DNA of 64,000 bases from an uncultured Alphaproteobacteria bacterium. GTDB lineage: Bacteria; Pseudomonadota; Alphaproteobacteria; Rhizobiales; Methyloligellaceae. Below the pieces are notes generated by a model. That model had not been told where the DNA came from and searched no databases. It saw only the letters and a program-made list of their open reading frames with translations. This document shows positions 9,583 through 18,319 of the stretch, one piece after another. Positions within the stretch are counted from its first letter, which is position 1. Each line of letters begins with the position of its first letter. The translations under genes and the position numbers were made by a program. The DNA lies in the NCBI GenBank assembly GCA_963826465.1, contig CAWGXJ010000020.1, positions 142,806 through 206,805 of the forward strand. The letters are read 5' to 3'.

Positions 9583-10902
9583 ATGAAGAAGGGCGCGGCC
9601 ACGCTGTTCGAGGCTGCCGGGCTCGCCGACAGCGCGCCACGTCCGCTCGCCGATCGCCTGCGGCCCAAATCCCTCGACGAGGTGATCGGCCAGGATCACC
9701 TTTTGGGCGACGGCATGCTCGGCCGCATGGTGCGCGTCGGCCGTCTCGGCTCGGTGATCTTTTGGGGCCCGCCGGGAACCGGCAAGACCACGGTGGCGCG
9801 GCTCCTTGCGGACGTGAGCAAGCTCCACTTCGAGCAGCTCTCGGCGATCCATTCCGGCGTGTCAGACTTGCGCAAAGTGTTCGACGCAGCGCGGGCCCGG
9901 CGGGAGGAGGGGCGCGGCACGCTCCTCTTCATCGACGAGATCCACCGCTTCAACCGCTCGCAGCAAGACGCTTTCCTGCCCCATATGGAGGACGGCACCA
10001 TCATCCTCGTGGGCGCCACCACGGAGAACCCGTCCTTCGAGCTCAATTCGGCGCTTCTGTCGCGGGCGAGCGTGCTCACCTTCAAGCGGCTTGACGACGC
10101 GGCGCTCGAAACCTTGCTTCAGCGCGCGGAAGACTTCGAGGGGCGCAAGCTGCCTCTGACGGACGATGCGCGCGACGCGCTGATCGGCATGGCCGACGGC
10201 GACGGCCGCGGCCTCATCAACCTCGCCGAGGAGGTGTTCCTCGCCCATAGCGGGGAGGGGGAGCCGCTCGACCGGGAGGCGCTGACCGCGCTCGTGCAGC
10301 GGCGCGCGCCGCTCTACGACAAGAGCCAAGACGGCCACTACAACCTCATCAGTGCCTTGCACAAATCCGTGCGCGGCTCCGATCCCGACGCGGCGCTCTA
10401 TTGGCTTGCGCGCATGCTGGCCGGCGGCGAGGACCCGCTCTATATCGCGCGGCGTCTGGTGCGCATGGCGGTTGAGGATATCGGACTTGCCGATCCTGCG
10501 GCGCTGCTCCAGGCCAACGCCGCCAAGGATGCTTACGACTTTCTCGGCAGCCCCGAAGGCGAGCTCGCGCTGGCACAAGCCACGGTCTATCTCGCGAGCG
10601 CGCCGAAATCGAACGCGGCCTATATGGCCTTCAACGCGGCGTCGCGCGTGGCGAAGGAGGGGGGATCGCTGCTTCCGCCGAAGCACATCCTCAACGCACC
10701 GACGACACTCATGAAGCAGGAGGGCTACGGCCGCGACTACGCCTACGACCACTCCGAGAAAGACGCGTTCTCCGGCCAGAACTATTTTCCCGAAGGCATG
10801 GAGCGGCAGCGCTTCTATACGCCCACGGGGCGCGGCTTCGAGCGCGAGATCAAGGACCGGCTCGACCGGTGGGCCGAGCTTCGCGCCAAGAAGGGGCGTT
10901 AG
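9583..10902 (+). CDS. rarA: Replication-associated recombination protein A (AAA+)
   Basis: PLADRLRP, GPPGTGKTT, FIDEIHRFN, ISALHKSVRGSDPDAA. Confidence 0.97.
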   Translation: MKKGAATLFEAAGLADSAPRPLADRLRPKSLDEVIGQDHLLGDGMLGRMVRVGRLGSVIFWGPPGTGKTTVARLLADVSKLHFEQLSAIHSGVSDLRKVFDAARARREEGRGTLLFIDEIHRFNRSQQDAFLPHMEDGTIILVGATTENPSFELNSALLSRASVLTFKRLDDAALETLLQRAEDFEGRKLPLTDDARDALIGMADGDGRGLINLAEEVFLAHSGEGEPLDREALTALVQRRAPLYDKSQDGHYNLISALHKSVRGSDPDAALYWLARMLAGGEDPLYIARRLVRMAVEDIGLADPAALLQANAAKDAYDFLGSPEGELALAQATVYLASAPKSNAAYMAFNAASRVAKEGGSLLPPKHILNAPTTLMKQEGYGRDYAYDHSEKDAFSGQNYFPEGMERQRFYTPTGRGFEREIKDRLDRWAELRAKKGR

Positions 10903-11249
10903 CTCGACTCTCCCGGCTTGCCGTTGCCGTAGCGGACGACTTGCACCTTCTCGGTCGTGACCAGCGCGCTCCCCATCATGGGTTCGATCGCCGCGACGAA
11001 ATCGCGAATCTTGTCCTCTTTGTCGACAAGCTCGATGACGAGCGGCAGGTCCTGGGACAGGCGCAGAATCTTTGTCGTATGCAGCGTGCTCGAATGGCCG
11101 AAGCCCAGGGGGCCGCGCAGCACCGTGGCGCCGGCAAGGTGCATCTCGCGCGCCTTCAGCACGATCGCCTCGTAGAGGGGCTGGTGATCGAATTTGTCGT
11201 CCTCGCCGATGAAGATGCGGAGCAGGACGGCGTCGCGCGAGAGCGGCAT
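10899..11249 (-). CDS. DUF190 (PII-like) protein
   Basis: LLRIFIGEDD...LAGATVLRGPLGFG...LSQDLPLVIE; directly downstream of crcB, a known association. Confidence 0.9.
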   Translation of the reverse strand: MPLSRDAVLLRIFIGEDDKFDHQPLYEAIVLKAREMHLAGATVLRGPLGFGHSSTLHTTKILRLSQDLPLVIELVDKEDKIRDFVAAIEPMMGSALVTTEKVQVVRYGNGKPGESS

Positions 11250-11251
11250 GG

Positions 11252-11668
11252 TCAAATCCACTTCATGGTGTTGATCGACAGGGCCACGATGTGCCCGAGC
11301 CAGACGGCGATGAGGCAGAGTAGGACAGAGCCGATAATATTGCCGCCCGCCTGAAGTAACTCACCGTCTTGTACGAGACTAAGGGTCTGGAGGCTGAACG
11401 AGGAGAAGGTCGTGAAGCCGCCGAAGATGCCGAGCATGACGAACTGGCGCGTGGTCGACCCGGCGAAGATACGTCCGTCTGGTCCGGTCAGCGTGGCGAA
11501 AAAGCCGATCAGGAAGGAGCCGGTCACGTTCACGAACAGCGTGCCCCAGGGAAAGGTCTCGCCGACGAGGCGGGCGGTGACGCCGGAGCACCAATACCGG
11601 GCCATGCCGCCAAGCGCGCTGCCGAGGCCGACCCAGAGGTAAATTGCGAGAGAGTTGGCGAGGGTCAT
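11252..11668 (-). CDS. crcB: Fluoride channel Fluc/CrcB
   Basis: GSALGGMARY, FPWGTLFVNVTGSFLIG and GGFTTFSSF motifs. Confidence 0.97.
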   Translation of the reverse strand: MTLANSLAIYLWVGLGSALGGMARYWCSGVTARLVGETFPWGTLFVNVTGSFLIGFFATLTGPDGRIFAGSTTRQFVMLGIFGGFTTFSSFSLQTLSLVQDGELLQAGGNIIGSVLLCLIAVWLGHIVALSINTMKWI

Positions 11669-11748
11669 CAGGCACCGTCCGTCCGTGTGCTGTTTAGCGT
11701 GAGTCGGTGAGGCGACGGCCGGAAAATGCCGGGGCTGTGGTTAGGCAT
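11668..11748 (-). CDS. Putative 26-aa small ORF in the crcB leader (MPNHSPGIFRPSPHRLTLNSTRTDGA)
   Basis: AAGGAG SD 5 nt before the ATG; its TGA overlaps the crcB ATG (TGATG); below the ORF-track size cutoff. Confidence 0.4.
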   Translation of the reverse strand: MPNHSPGIFRPSPHRLTLNSTRTDGA

Positions 11749-11795
11749 ACGCGCTCCTTCGCATCGGTCCGCAGGTGGGGACGGGTGGCGGGCGC

Positions 11796-11822
11796 AAAAC
11801 AAAACCCGCCAGACGGCGGGTT
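11796..11822 (-). terminator. Intrinsic terminator of the fluoride riboswitch expression platform
   Basis: Minus strand AACCCGCC-GTCT-GGCGGGTT followed by TTGTTTT. Confidence 0.8.
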
Positions 11823-11856
11823 GCGGACCTGACCTCCCACCGCGCTCTCGCGTGCG

Positions 11857-11900
11857 GTAGGAGTCATTAGCCGGTGGCGGTTCAGGGGGACTCCATCCCC
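11857..11900 (-). ncRNA. Fluoride (crcB) riboswitch aptamer
   Basis: Minus strand GGGGATGGAGTCCCCC-TGAACCGCC-ACCG-GCTAATGACTCCTAC matches the GGNGAUGGNGUYCNCC...AACCGC...GCUAAUGACUCCUAC consensus; upstream of crcB. Confidence 0.95.
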
Positions 11901-12010
11901 TTCGAATTTTCTCAAGTTATGCTACTTGAGTCGCGCAGCCGATCAAAGCCGGGTCGGCCCGCATGGTTCCCAAATGGTAGGCTTCCCAGGCCGCGAGCAA
12001 CTGTGGTGCA

Positions 12011-12994
12011 ATGACGCACAGACCTTCCGTCGAGACCCGCAATGTCAGCGCGGCCGAGGACGGCATGCGGCTCGACCGCTGGTTCAAGACCCATTACGCG
12101 GCGCTGCCCCACAGCCGGCTGGAGAAGCTGTTGCGCACCGGCCAGGTGCGGGTCGACGGCGGCCGGGCCAAGGCGAGCACGCGGCTTGCCACCGGCCAGA
12201 GCGTGCGCGTGCCGCCGCTGCCGGACGTGCCGCCGCCGCCAGGGCCTAAGAAGGCGCTGTCCAAGGCCGACCGCGACTTCCTTGCGTCCATCACGCTTTA
12301 CGAGGATGACGACCTTCTCGTCCTCAACAAGCCGCCGGGCCTCGCCGTGCAAGGGGGCACCAAGACCACGCAGCACATCGACCGGCTGCTCGAAGGCTTG
12401 GGCGATGGCCCGGAGACGCGGCCGCGGCTCGTGCACCGCCTCGACCGGGACACCTCGGGCGTGCTCGTGATCGCCAAGCGGCGGGCGGTCGCGGCGAAGC
12501 TGGGGCGCGCGTTCCAAACGCGCTCGGTGCGCAAGATCTATTGGGCGCTGGTCAACGGCGTGCCGAAGCCGCCGCAAGGGAAGATCGAGGCGGCGCTGGT
12601 GAAGGCCGCAGGGCCTGAGGGCGACCGCGTGCGCAAAGCCCGCGCCGGCGAGCAAGACCGCGCGCAGTCGGCGGTCACCCATTATGCGGTGATGGACAGG
12701 GCCGGACAGAAGGCGGCTCTCGTCTCGCTGAAACCCGTGACCGGACGGCAGCACCAGCTCCGCGCGCATATGGCGATCATCGGACATCCCATTCTGGGCG
12801 ACGAGAAATATCCGAGCCGGTCGGAGTTCCCCGAAGGCATCGAGAAGAAGCTTTATCTGCTTGCGCGGCGCATCAGCTTTCCGCACCCGAGCGGGGAGGG
12901 CGTGGTGGATGTGACGGCGCCGCTGCCGCCGCATATGGAGCAGGCTTTCAACCTGTTCGGATTCGAGGTGCGGGAGCCTGACGGCGGCGGCTAG
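12011..12994 (+). CDS. rluC: RluA-family pseudouridine synthase with S4 domain (RluC-like)
   Basis: RLDRWF S4 domain, LNKPPGLAVQGG, VHRLDRDTSG, TGRQHQLR, HPILGD. Confidence 0.9.
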   Translation: MTHRPSVETRNVSAAEDGMRLDRWFKTHYAALPHSRLEKLLRTGQVRVDGGRAKASTRLATGQSVRVPPLPDVPPPPGPKKALSKADRDFLASITLYEDDDLLVLNKPPGLAVQGGTKTTQHIDRLLEGLGDGPETRPRLVHRLDRDTSGVLVIAKRRAVAAKLGRAFQTRSVRKIYWALVNGVPKPPQGKIEAALVKAAGPEGDRVRKARAGEQDRAQSAVTHYAVMDRAGQKAALVSLKPVTGRQHQLRAHMAIIGHPILGDEKYPSRSEFPEGIEKKLYLLARRISFPHPSGEGVVDVTAPLPPHMEQAFNLFGFEVREPDGGG

Positions 12995-12997
12995 CGG

Positions 12998-13471
12998 TCA
13001 GGGCCTTGCGCATTTCGCCAGAAGCGCGTCGCGCGTCTTGATCTCGCTCTCCAGGGTGGCCAAGGGCGCATCTGCGAGAACGCACCAGCGGTAGTGGGCG
13101 CTGCGGTCGGGCGTCCAGCGCGGCCCGGCGAACTGACAATCGTGCGCCGCGCTCATCGCCGCCTGCGCCGCCGCCTGGTCGGCGTACCACTCGCACATGC
13201 AGAGCCGCAGGTCGGTGCTGCGCGCCGCGGCTTCGGCTTGCACCACCGTCTTGGCGGCGCCGAGGCACCAGCCCCGGTGAAGCTCGGCGTCCTTCATCCA
13301 GCGCGGCCCATGAAAGGCGCAATCGAACCGCTCCGCGCGCGCGGCCTCCAGCGCCGCTCGTTCCGCATAGTCCTTGCAAAACTGGGGGTCTGCGGCGTTC
13401 GCCATCGGGCTCGCCGCCAGGACGGAAATCCCTGAGAGCAGGATGAAGGTCACGGCGCCGAGCTTGGTCAT
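12998..13471 (-). CDS. Secreted hypothetical protein with two tandem Cys/Trp/His repeats
   Basis: Signal peptide (ANA); two copies of C-x2-YA...DC-x-F-x-GPRW-x2-D-x3-H-x2-WC...E-x3-R-x3-L-x2-C. Confidence 0.75.
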   Translation of the reverse strand: MTKLGAVTFILLSGISVLAASPMANAADPQFCKDYAERAALEAARAERFDCAFHGPRWMKDAELHRGWCLGAAKTVVQAEAAARSTDLRLCMCEWYADQAAAQAAMSAAHDCQFAGPRWTPDRSAHYRWCVLADAPLATLESEIKTRDALLAKCARP

Positions 13472-13609
13472 GGGGACCTGCGTCAAGCTGCTCCAGGAGG
13501 CTTCCAAAACCATGCTAGACCTCGATCCGCAAGACTGGGACCTCTTGGAGCCCTGGTTGGCGAAGCGGGAGCCCTTGGTCTCCGAGCGAAGCGTTGATGA
13601 GGACATGCC

Positions 13610-14062
13610 ATGATCTCGAGATCGAGCTGGTTCGCACGGTTTGCGCAACAGGTTTCACACATTACCGGGCGACCCACGGCCTTTTTCGTTGCCGTGACGG
13701 TCATTCTGGTGTGGTGCGTTACGGGGCCCATCTTCGGCTTCAGCGACACCTGGCAACTCGTTATCAATACGGGGACGACTATCGTCACCTTCCTGATGGT
13801 GTTCGTCATTCAGAACACGCAGAATCGCGACACGGCAGCCATGCACATCAAGATCGACGAGTTGATCCGCGTGACGAGCAGGGCGCGCAATATTCTGATC
13901 GACCTCGAAGAGCTCGACGACAGGGATCTGGAGCGCCTGCGGAAGGACTTCGAGCGGCTTGCGGAGGAGGGGCGGCGAAGGGGACACACCACCGGCGAGT
14001 TGCCCCGGGCGAAGGGTCCGGCAAGGAAATCGGCGCGTTCAGGGGCACGGAAGCAGACCTAG
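13610..14062 (+). CDS. Low-affinity iron permease (Fet4-like domain) family protein
   Basis: FSDTWQLVINTGTTIVTFLMVFVIQNTQNRD and KIDELI motifs. Confidence 0.92.
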   Translation: MISRSSWFARFAQQVSHITGRPTAFFVAVTVILVWCVTGPIFGFSDTWQLVINTGTTIVTFLMVFVIQNTQNRDTAAMHIKIDELIRVTSRARNILIDLEELDDRDLERLRKDFERLAEEGRRRGHTTGELPRAKGPARKSARSGARKQT

Positions 14063-14836
14063 ATGAGCGATGAGCGTGAGAGCGCCGGCGATGTGCCAGA
14101 GCCCAACGGCAAAGCCGCTAGTGTAAAGAAGTCTGCCCTTCCCAAGCGCTTCTACAAGGAGGTTGCCGTTAGCGGCGACGGCGGCCGCTCCGGGCTGCTT
14201 CTCGACGGCAAGCCCGTGCGCACGCCGGGCAAGGCGCTGCTCTCGGTGCCGACCAAGACGCTGGCCGAGGCCATCGCCGCGGAGTGGCGCGCCCAAGGCG
14301 AGCATATCGACCCGCGCACCATGCCGCTCACCAAGCTCGCCAATTCGGCCATCGACGGGGTGGAGGGGCGGACCGGCGCCGTCGTCGACGACATCATGGC
14401 CCATGCCCGCGCCGACCTGCTGTGCTACCGGGCGAGCGGTCCGGACGGGCTGCTGGCGGCGCAAGCGAAGCACTGGGACCCGATCGTCGACTGGGCGAAG
14501 GACGCGCTCAAAGCGCCGCTCACGCGCGCGGAAGGCATTGTCCATGTGGCGCAGCCCGAGGCGTCCATGGCCGCGATCCGCAAGGCGCTCGAGGGCCTCG
14601 ATGCCTTTACGCTCGCGGCGCTGCACGTGATGACCTCGCTCACCGGCTCGGCGCTGCTGGCGCTCGCCGTCCTCAAGAAGCGGCTTGACCCGGACGCGGC
14701 GTGGAACGCCGCCCATGTGGACGAGGACTTTCAGATCGGCCAATGGGGCGAGGACGCCGAGGCCAAGGACCGCCGCGAGGGCCGCCGTCGCGACTTCGAC
14801 GCCGCCGCGCGCACACTTCAGCTCTCCGCCTCCTGA
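14063..14836 (+). CDS. ATP12 family chaperone
   Basis: PKRFYK, LLDGKPVRTPG, MPLTKLANSAID, AAHVDEDFQIGQWGED. Confidence 0.95.
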   Translation: MSDERESAGDVPEPNGKAASVKKSALPKRFYKEVAVSGDGGRSGLLLDGKPVRTPGKALLSVPTKTLAEAIAAEWRAQGEHIDPRTMPLTKLANSAIDGVEGRTGAVVDDIMAHARADLLCYRASGPDGLLAAQAKHWDPIVDWAKDALKAPLTRAEGIVHVAQPEASMAAIRKALEGLDAFTLAALHVMTSLTGSALLALAVLKKRLDPDAAWNAAHVDEDFQIGQWGEDAEAKDRREGRRRDFDAAARTLQLSAS

Positions 14837-14839
14837 GCG

Positions 14840-15166
14840 CTACCGCGGAAGCTTCTTCTCCATCTTGTCGAGCCCCGAGGCGATGTCGGCGATCTTCTCG
14901 CATCTTGCCCAGAGCCTGCGGATCTCGGTGCCCCGCAAGCGCCGGGCGATGGGGTTGGCGCGGAGGTCGTAGACCCGCGCGCATTGGATGGGCGCCAGCC
15001 TGATGCCGGACGTCGTGTTTGGCTCGTCGGGATGCTCCAGTTGCGCCTCGGTGACAAGGCGGGCGCGGATGTCGTCGAGCTGCTGGCCGACCCAAGAGTA
15101 ATAGGCGCCGAGCCCGGCGAGGGCGGCGATGGCCAGCAGCACGGCGACGACAATCCCGATCTTCAA
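14840..15166 (-). CDS. Hypothetical protein with an N-terminal membrane anchor
   Basis: GGAGG SD, hydrophobic N-terminus, two Cys; fills the gap between ATP12 and pccB. Confidence 0.65.
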   Translation of the reverse strand: MKIGIVVAVLLAIAALAGLGAYYSWVGQQLDDIRARLVTEAQLEHPDEPNTTSGIRLAPIQCARVYDLRANPIARRLRGTEIRRLWARCEKIADIASGLDKMEKKLPR

Positions 15167-15327
15167 CGCTCACACCTCCCAAGCGCTTGATCCCGCAAGG
15201 ATGCCCCGTTTGCCCGGGTCGGGCAATCTCAAGGCAGGCCGGCCCTCGGCGGCCCGGAACCGCAGCCACTTGCCTCTTTTCCGCCCCATGCTATTCCCTT
15301 CGGGGGAACTCACGTCGGGGAGCGGTC

Positions 15328-16860
15328 ATGAAAGAAGTCCTTGAAGAGCTTGAAATTCGCCGTGCCGCGGCCCGTGCCGGCGGAGGGCCGAAGCGCATCG
15401 CGGCGCAGCATAAGCGCGGCAAGCTCACGGCCCGGGAGCGGCTCGCGCTCCTCCTGGACGACGGCTCCTTCGAGGAGTTCGACATGTATGTCGAGCACCG
15501 CTGCATCGATTTCGGCATGGAGCAGACCAAGGTGCCCGGCGACGGCGTCGTCACCGGCTGGGGCACCATCAACGGCCGCGTCGTCTACGTGTTCGCCAAG
15601 GACTTCACCGTGTTCGGCGGGTCGCTGTCGGAAGCCCACGCCAACAAGATGATCAAGATCCAGGACATGGCGCTCCGGAGCCGGGCGCCGGTCATCGGCC
15701 TGTTCGATGCGGGCGGCGCGCGCATCCAGGAAGGCGTGGCGGCGCTCGGCGGCTATGGCGAGGTTTTCCTGCGCAATGTGCTCGCCTCCGGCGTCATCCC
15801 GCAGATCAGCGTGATCATGGGGCCGTGTGCCGGCGGCGACGTCTACTCGCCGGCCATGACCGACTTCATCTTCATGGTGAAGGACACCTCCTACATGTTC
15901 GTCACCGGCCCCGACGTGGTGAAGACGGTGACCAAGGAGGAGGTGACGGCGGAACAGCTCGGCGGCGCCGTCGTCCACACCACCAAGTCGTCCATCGCCG
16001 ACGGCGCCTACGACAACGACGTCGAGACCCTGCTCCAGATGCGCCGGCTGATGGACTTTCTGCCGTCGAGCAATCTCTCCGGCGTGCCGGAGCTGCCGAC
16101 GCGCGATCCGTGGGACCGCATCGAGCCGTCGCTCGACACGCTGATCCCCGACAATCCGAACAAGCCCTACGACATCAAGGAGCTGATCCACAAGGTCGTG
16201 GACGAGGGGGATTTCTTCGAGATCCAGGAGGCTTTCGCCCGCAACATCGTGGTGGGCTTCGCCCGCATGGAAGGGCGCACCATCGGCATCGTCGCCAACC
16301 AGCCGATGTTCCTCGCCGGCGTGCTCGACAGCGACGCCTCGCGCAAAGCCGCGCGCTTCGTCCGCTTCTGCGACTGCTTCTCGATCCCGCTCGTCACCTT
16401 CGTCGACGTGCCGGGCTTCCTGCCGGGCACCGACCAGGAATATGGCGGGCTGATCAAGCACGGAGCGAAGCTGCTGTTCGCCTTCACCGAGGCGACCGTG
16501 CCGAAGGTGACGGTGATCACCCGCAAGGCCTATGGCGGCGCCTACGACGTCATGTCGTCAAAGCACATCCGCGGCGACATCAACTATGCGTGGCCGTCGG
16601 CCGAGATCGCCGTGATGGGCGCCAAGGGCGCGGTGGAAATCCTCTACCGCGCCGACCTCGGCGATCCTGAGAAGGTCAAGAAGCGCATCGACGAGTACCA
16701 GACGCGTTTCGCCAACCCGTTCGTGGCGGCGGAGCGGGGCTATATCGACGAGGTGATCGCGCCGCGCGGCACGCGTGCGCGCATCGCCCGGGCGCTGCAG
16801 ATGCTGCGCAACAAGCACGTCGAGAACCCCTGGAAGAAGCACGACAACATCCCGCTTTAG
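15328..16860 (+). CDS. pccB: Propionyl-CoA (acyl-CoA) carboxylase beta subunit
   Basis: [49 protein letters not shown]; ATG at 15328 after GGGGAG. Confidence 0.93.
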   Translation: MKEVLEELEIRRAAARAGGGPKRIAAQHKRGKLTARERLALLLDDGSFEEFDMYVEHRCIDFGMEQTKVPGDGVVTGWGTINGRVVYVFAKDFTVFGGSLSEAHANKMIKIQDMALRSRAPVIGLFDAGGARIQEGVAALGGYGEVFLRNVLASGVIPQISVIMGPCAGGDVYSPAMTDFIFMVKDTSYMFVTGPDVVKTVTKEEVTAEQLGGAVVHTTKSSIADGAYDNDVETLLQMRRLMDFLPSSNLSGVPELPTRDPWDRIEPSLDTLIPDNPNKPYDIKELIHKVVDEGDFFEIQEAFARNIVVGFARMEGRTIGIVANQPMFLAGVLDSDASRKAARFVRFCDCFSIPLVTFVDVPGFLPGTDQEYGGLIKHGAKLLFAFTEATVPKVTVITRKAYGGAYDVMSSKHIRGDINYAWPSAEIAVMGAKGAVEILYRADLGDPEKVKKRIDEYQTRFANPFVAAERGYIDEVIAPRGTRARIARALQMLRNKHVENPWKKHDNIPL

Positions 16861-16924
16861 GGGCGCATCCGCCTGGATGTCCGTTCGTCCGCTTCTGACC
16901 CGCAGCCGCCACCAGTGAGTTTGT

Positions 16925-17978
16925 TTAACGAAGCCCAGTGAACCCTGCGAAGCGCCGGCGTGCGGACTTAAGGAAGTTTCCGGCGTGCCTAAGCGGACCA
17001 GTGACCTTCCAGGAGGTTGAATTGCGCAGGCTCTCGAGCTCTTGCTCCTGACGCTTGAGCTCCTGCTCCTGACGCTTGAGCTCCTGCTGCTGCTGCTCGA
17101 GTTGCTGCTGCTGCTGCTTGAGCTCCCCGTCTTTTTCCTCAAGGCGTTGATTGATTCCTATATCCAGGTGCCGCGCCACCGAAGGACCGACCATCAGGTC
17201 GCCTAATTTCGTGGCCGGCAATCTGGGAACCCACTCCATCGGGTCAAGAATGGGGAACTCGGCACCGGTCAAGAGGCGAGCGAATGGGCGGTGTTTGGGG
17301 GCGGCGTATTTCTGCACCACCAGCACGGAATCGAAGAAGGCCATCCTTGCAATTTGGGTGTTGAACGCCCGCAGTTGCGCGAGCTCTTCGCTCCGGAGGT
17401 CGGAGGTGTCTTCGAGGTGATCGGCGTTGATGGCATCGATGAGGCCCTTGGCCCACTCGATCGACGATCCCTCGGCACGAAAACCACCGCCGAATGCTGG
17501 CCAATAGCTAGTATGCAAATCCTCGACAACATAGATCCCGCCGGGCTTCAGTCGCTCAAACAAGATATCGAAACTCGCGATGACGTCGTTCGAGTGATGC
17601 GAGCCGTCGTCGATGATAATGTCGAAGCGTGTCTCGCCCAGTGCGCTATCGACAAAGCCCTGCTGTGTGGCGTCGCCGATATGCAGTTCGATACCCTCAC
17701 TGAGCCTGAGCTCGCGGCATCGCTCGTCGATATCCAGTCCCACCACACGTGAACGGCGGCGGGAGCAGCTTGTGCCAAACTTCTAGCGAGCCGCCGTTCA
17801 GCACTCCAATCTCGAGGAGCGAAATCGGCACTCCGTGCTCCAGATGGGGGCGAAGCTCGGATTCGTAGATGGGGAGATATTGTTCCCACTTGTCCGAGAG
17901 CAGACCACGGTGCGCCCAGAATATATCCCTCAGGCTGGGGACTTCCATTATCTGCCCTTTGGTTTTAGCCAATTCCAA
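16925..17978 (-). CDS. Class I SAM-dependent methyltransferase with C-terminal coiled coil; frameshift near 17752
   Basis: N-part DKWEQYLPIYE...LLEIGVLNGGSLEVW joins C-part VVGLDID...DIIIDDGSH...LKPGGIYVVEDL after a 1-nt shift; C-terminal NSTSWKVTGPLR. Confidence 0.8.
17039..17122 (-). repeat. Four 21-bp tandem units encoding heptads (LKQQQQQ, LEQQQQE, LKRQEQE x2)
   Basis: Plus-strand units ctcttgctcctgacgcttgag / ctcctgctcctgacgcttgag / ctcctgctgctgctgctcgag / ttgctgctgctgctgcttgag. Confidence 0.9.
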
Positions 17979-18319
17979 ATGCGACCATGCGGTTCAGATC
18001 GCGCGAGCAAAGAGGATTCGCCACCGATAGACCCCGGTCAATACATTGATGTCTACGTCCTGGGCTCCATCATCTCAGCCCAACATTGGGTGCTGACGCG
18101 ATGAGGCGTCTGATCCGCGGGACGGGGTGCGGCGCGCGGTGATCGCGGCGAGACGATGGAGCACGACAACATTCCGCCATAGGCCCACGTCCGGGGTTGC
18201 AGGGGCGGGCGGCTCTCTCGCGGGTTGCGTGCAAAATTTGCCGGATCGGCCACCATACAAGTCGCGGGCGAACTGCGAATTAGGTAAGGTCCCGCCCGTA
18301 GGCGGCGAGGAGGCGGCCA

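Noticed and set aside
13530-13600. EcfG-type promoter upstream of the Fet4-like gene
   Set aside because: GGAGC/GGGAC and CGTT/GTT elements are present, but the spacing does not fit 16-17 nt.
17979-18319. 340-bp intergenic region as a possible sRNA or IS remnant
   Set aside because: Only weak imperfect hairpins; no terminal inverted repeats, terminator or convincing ORF.
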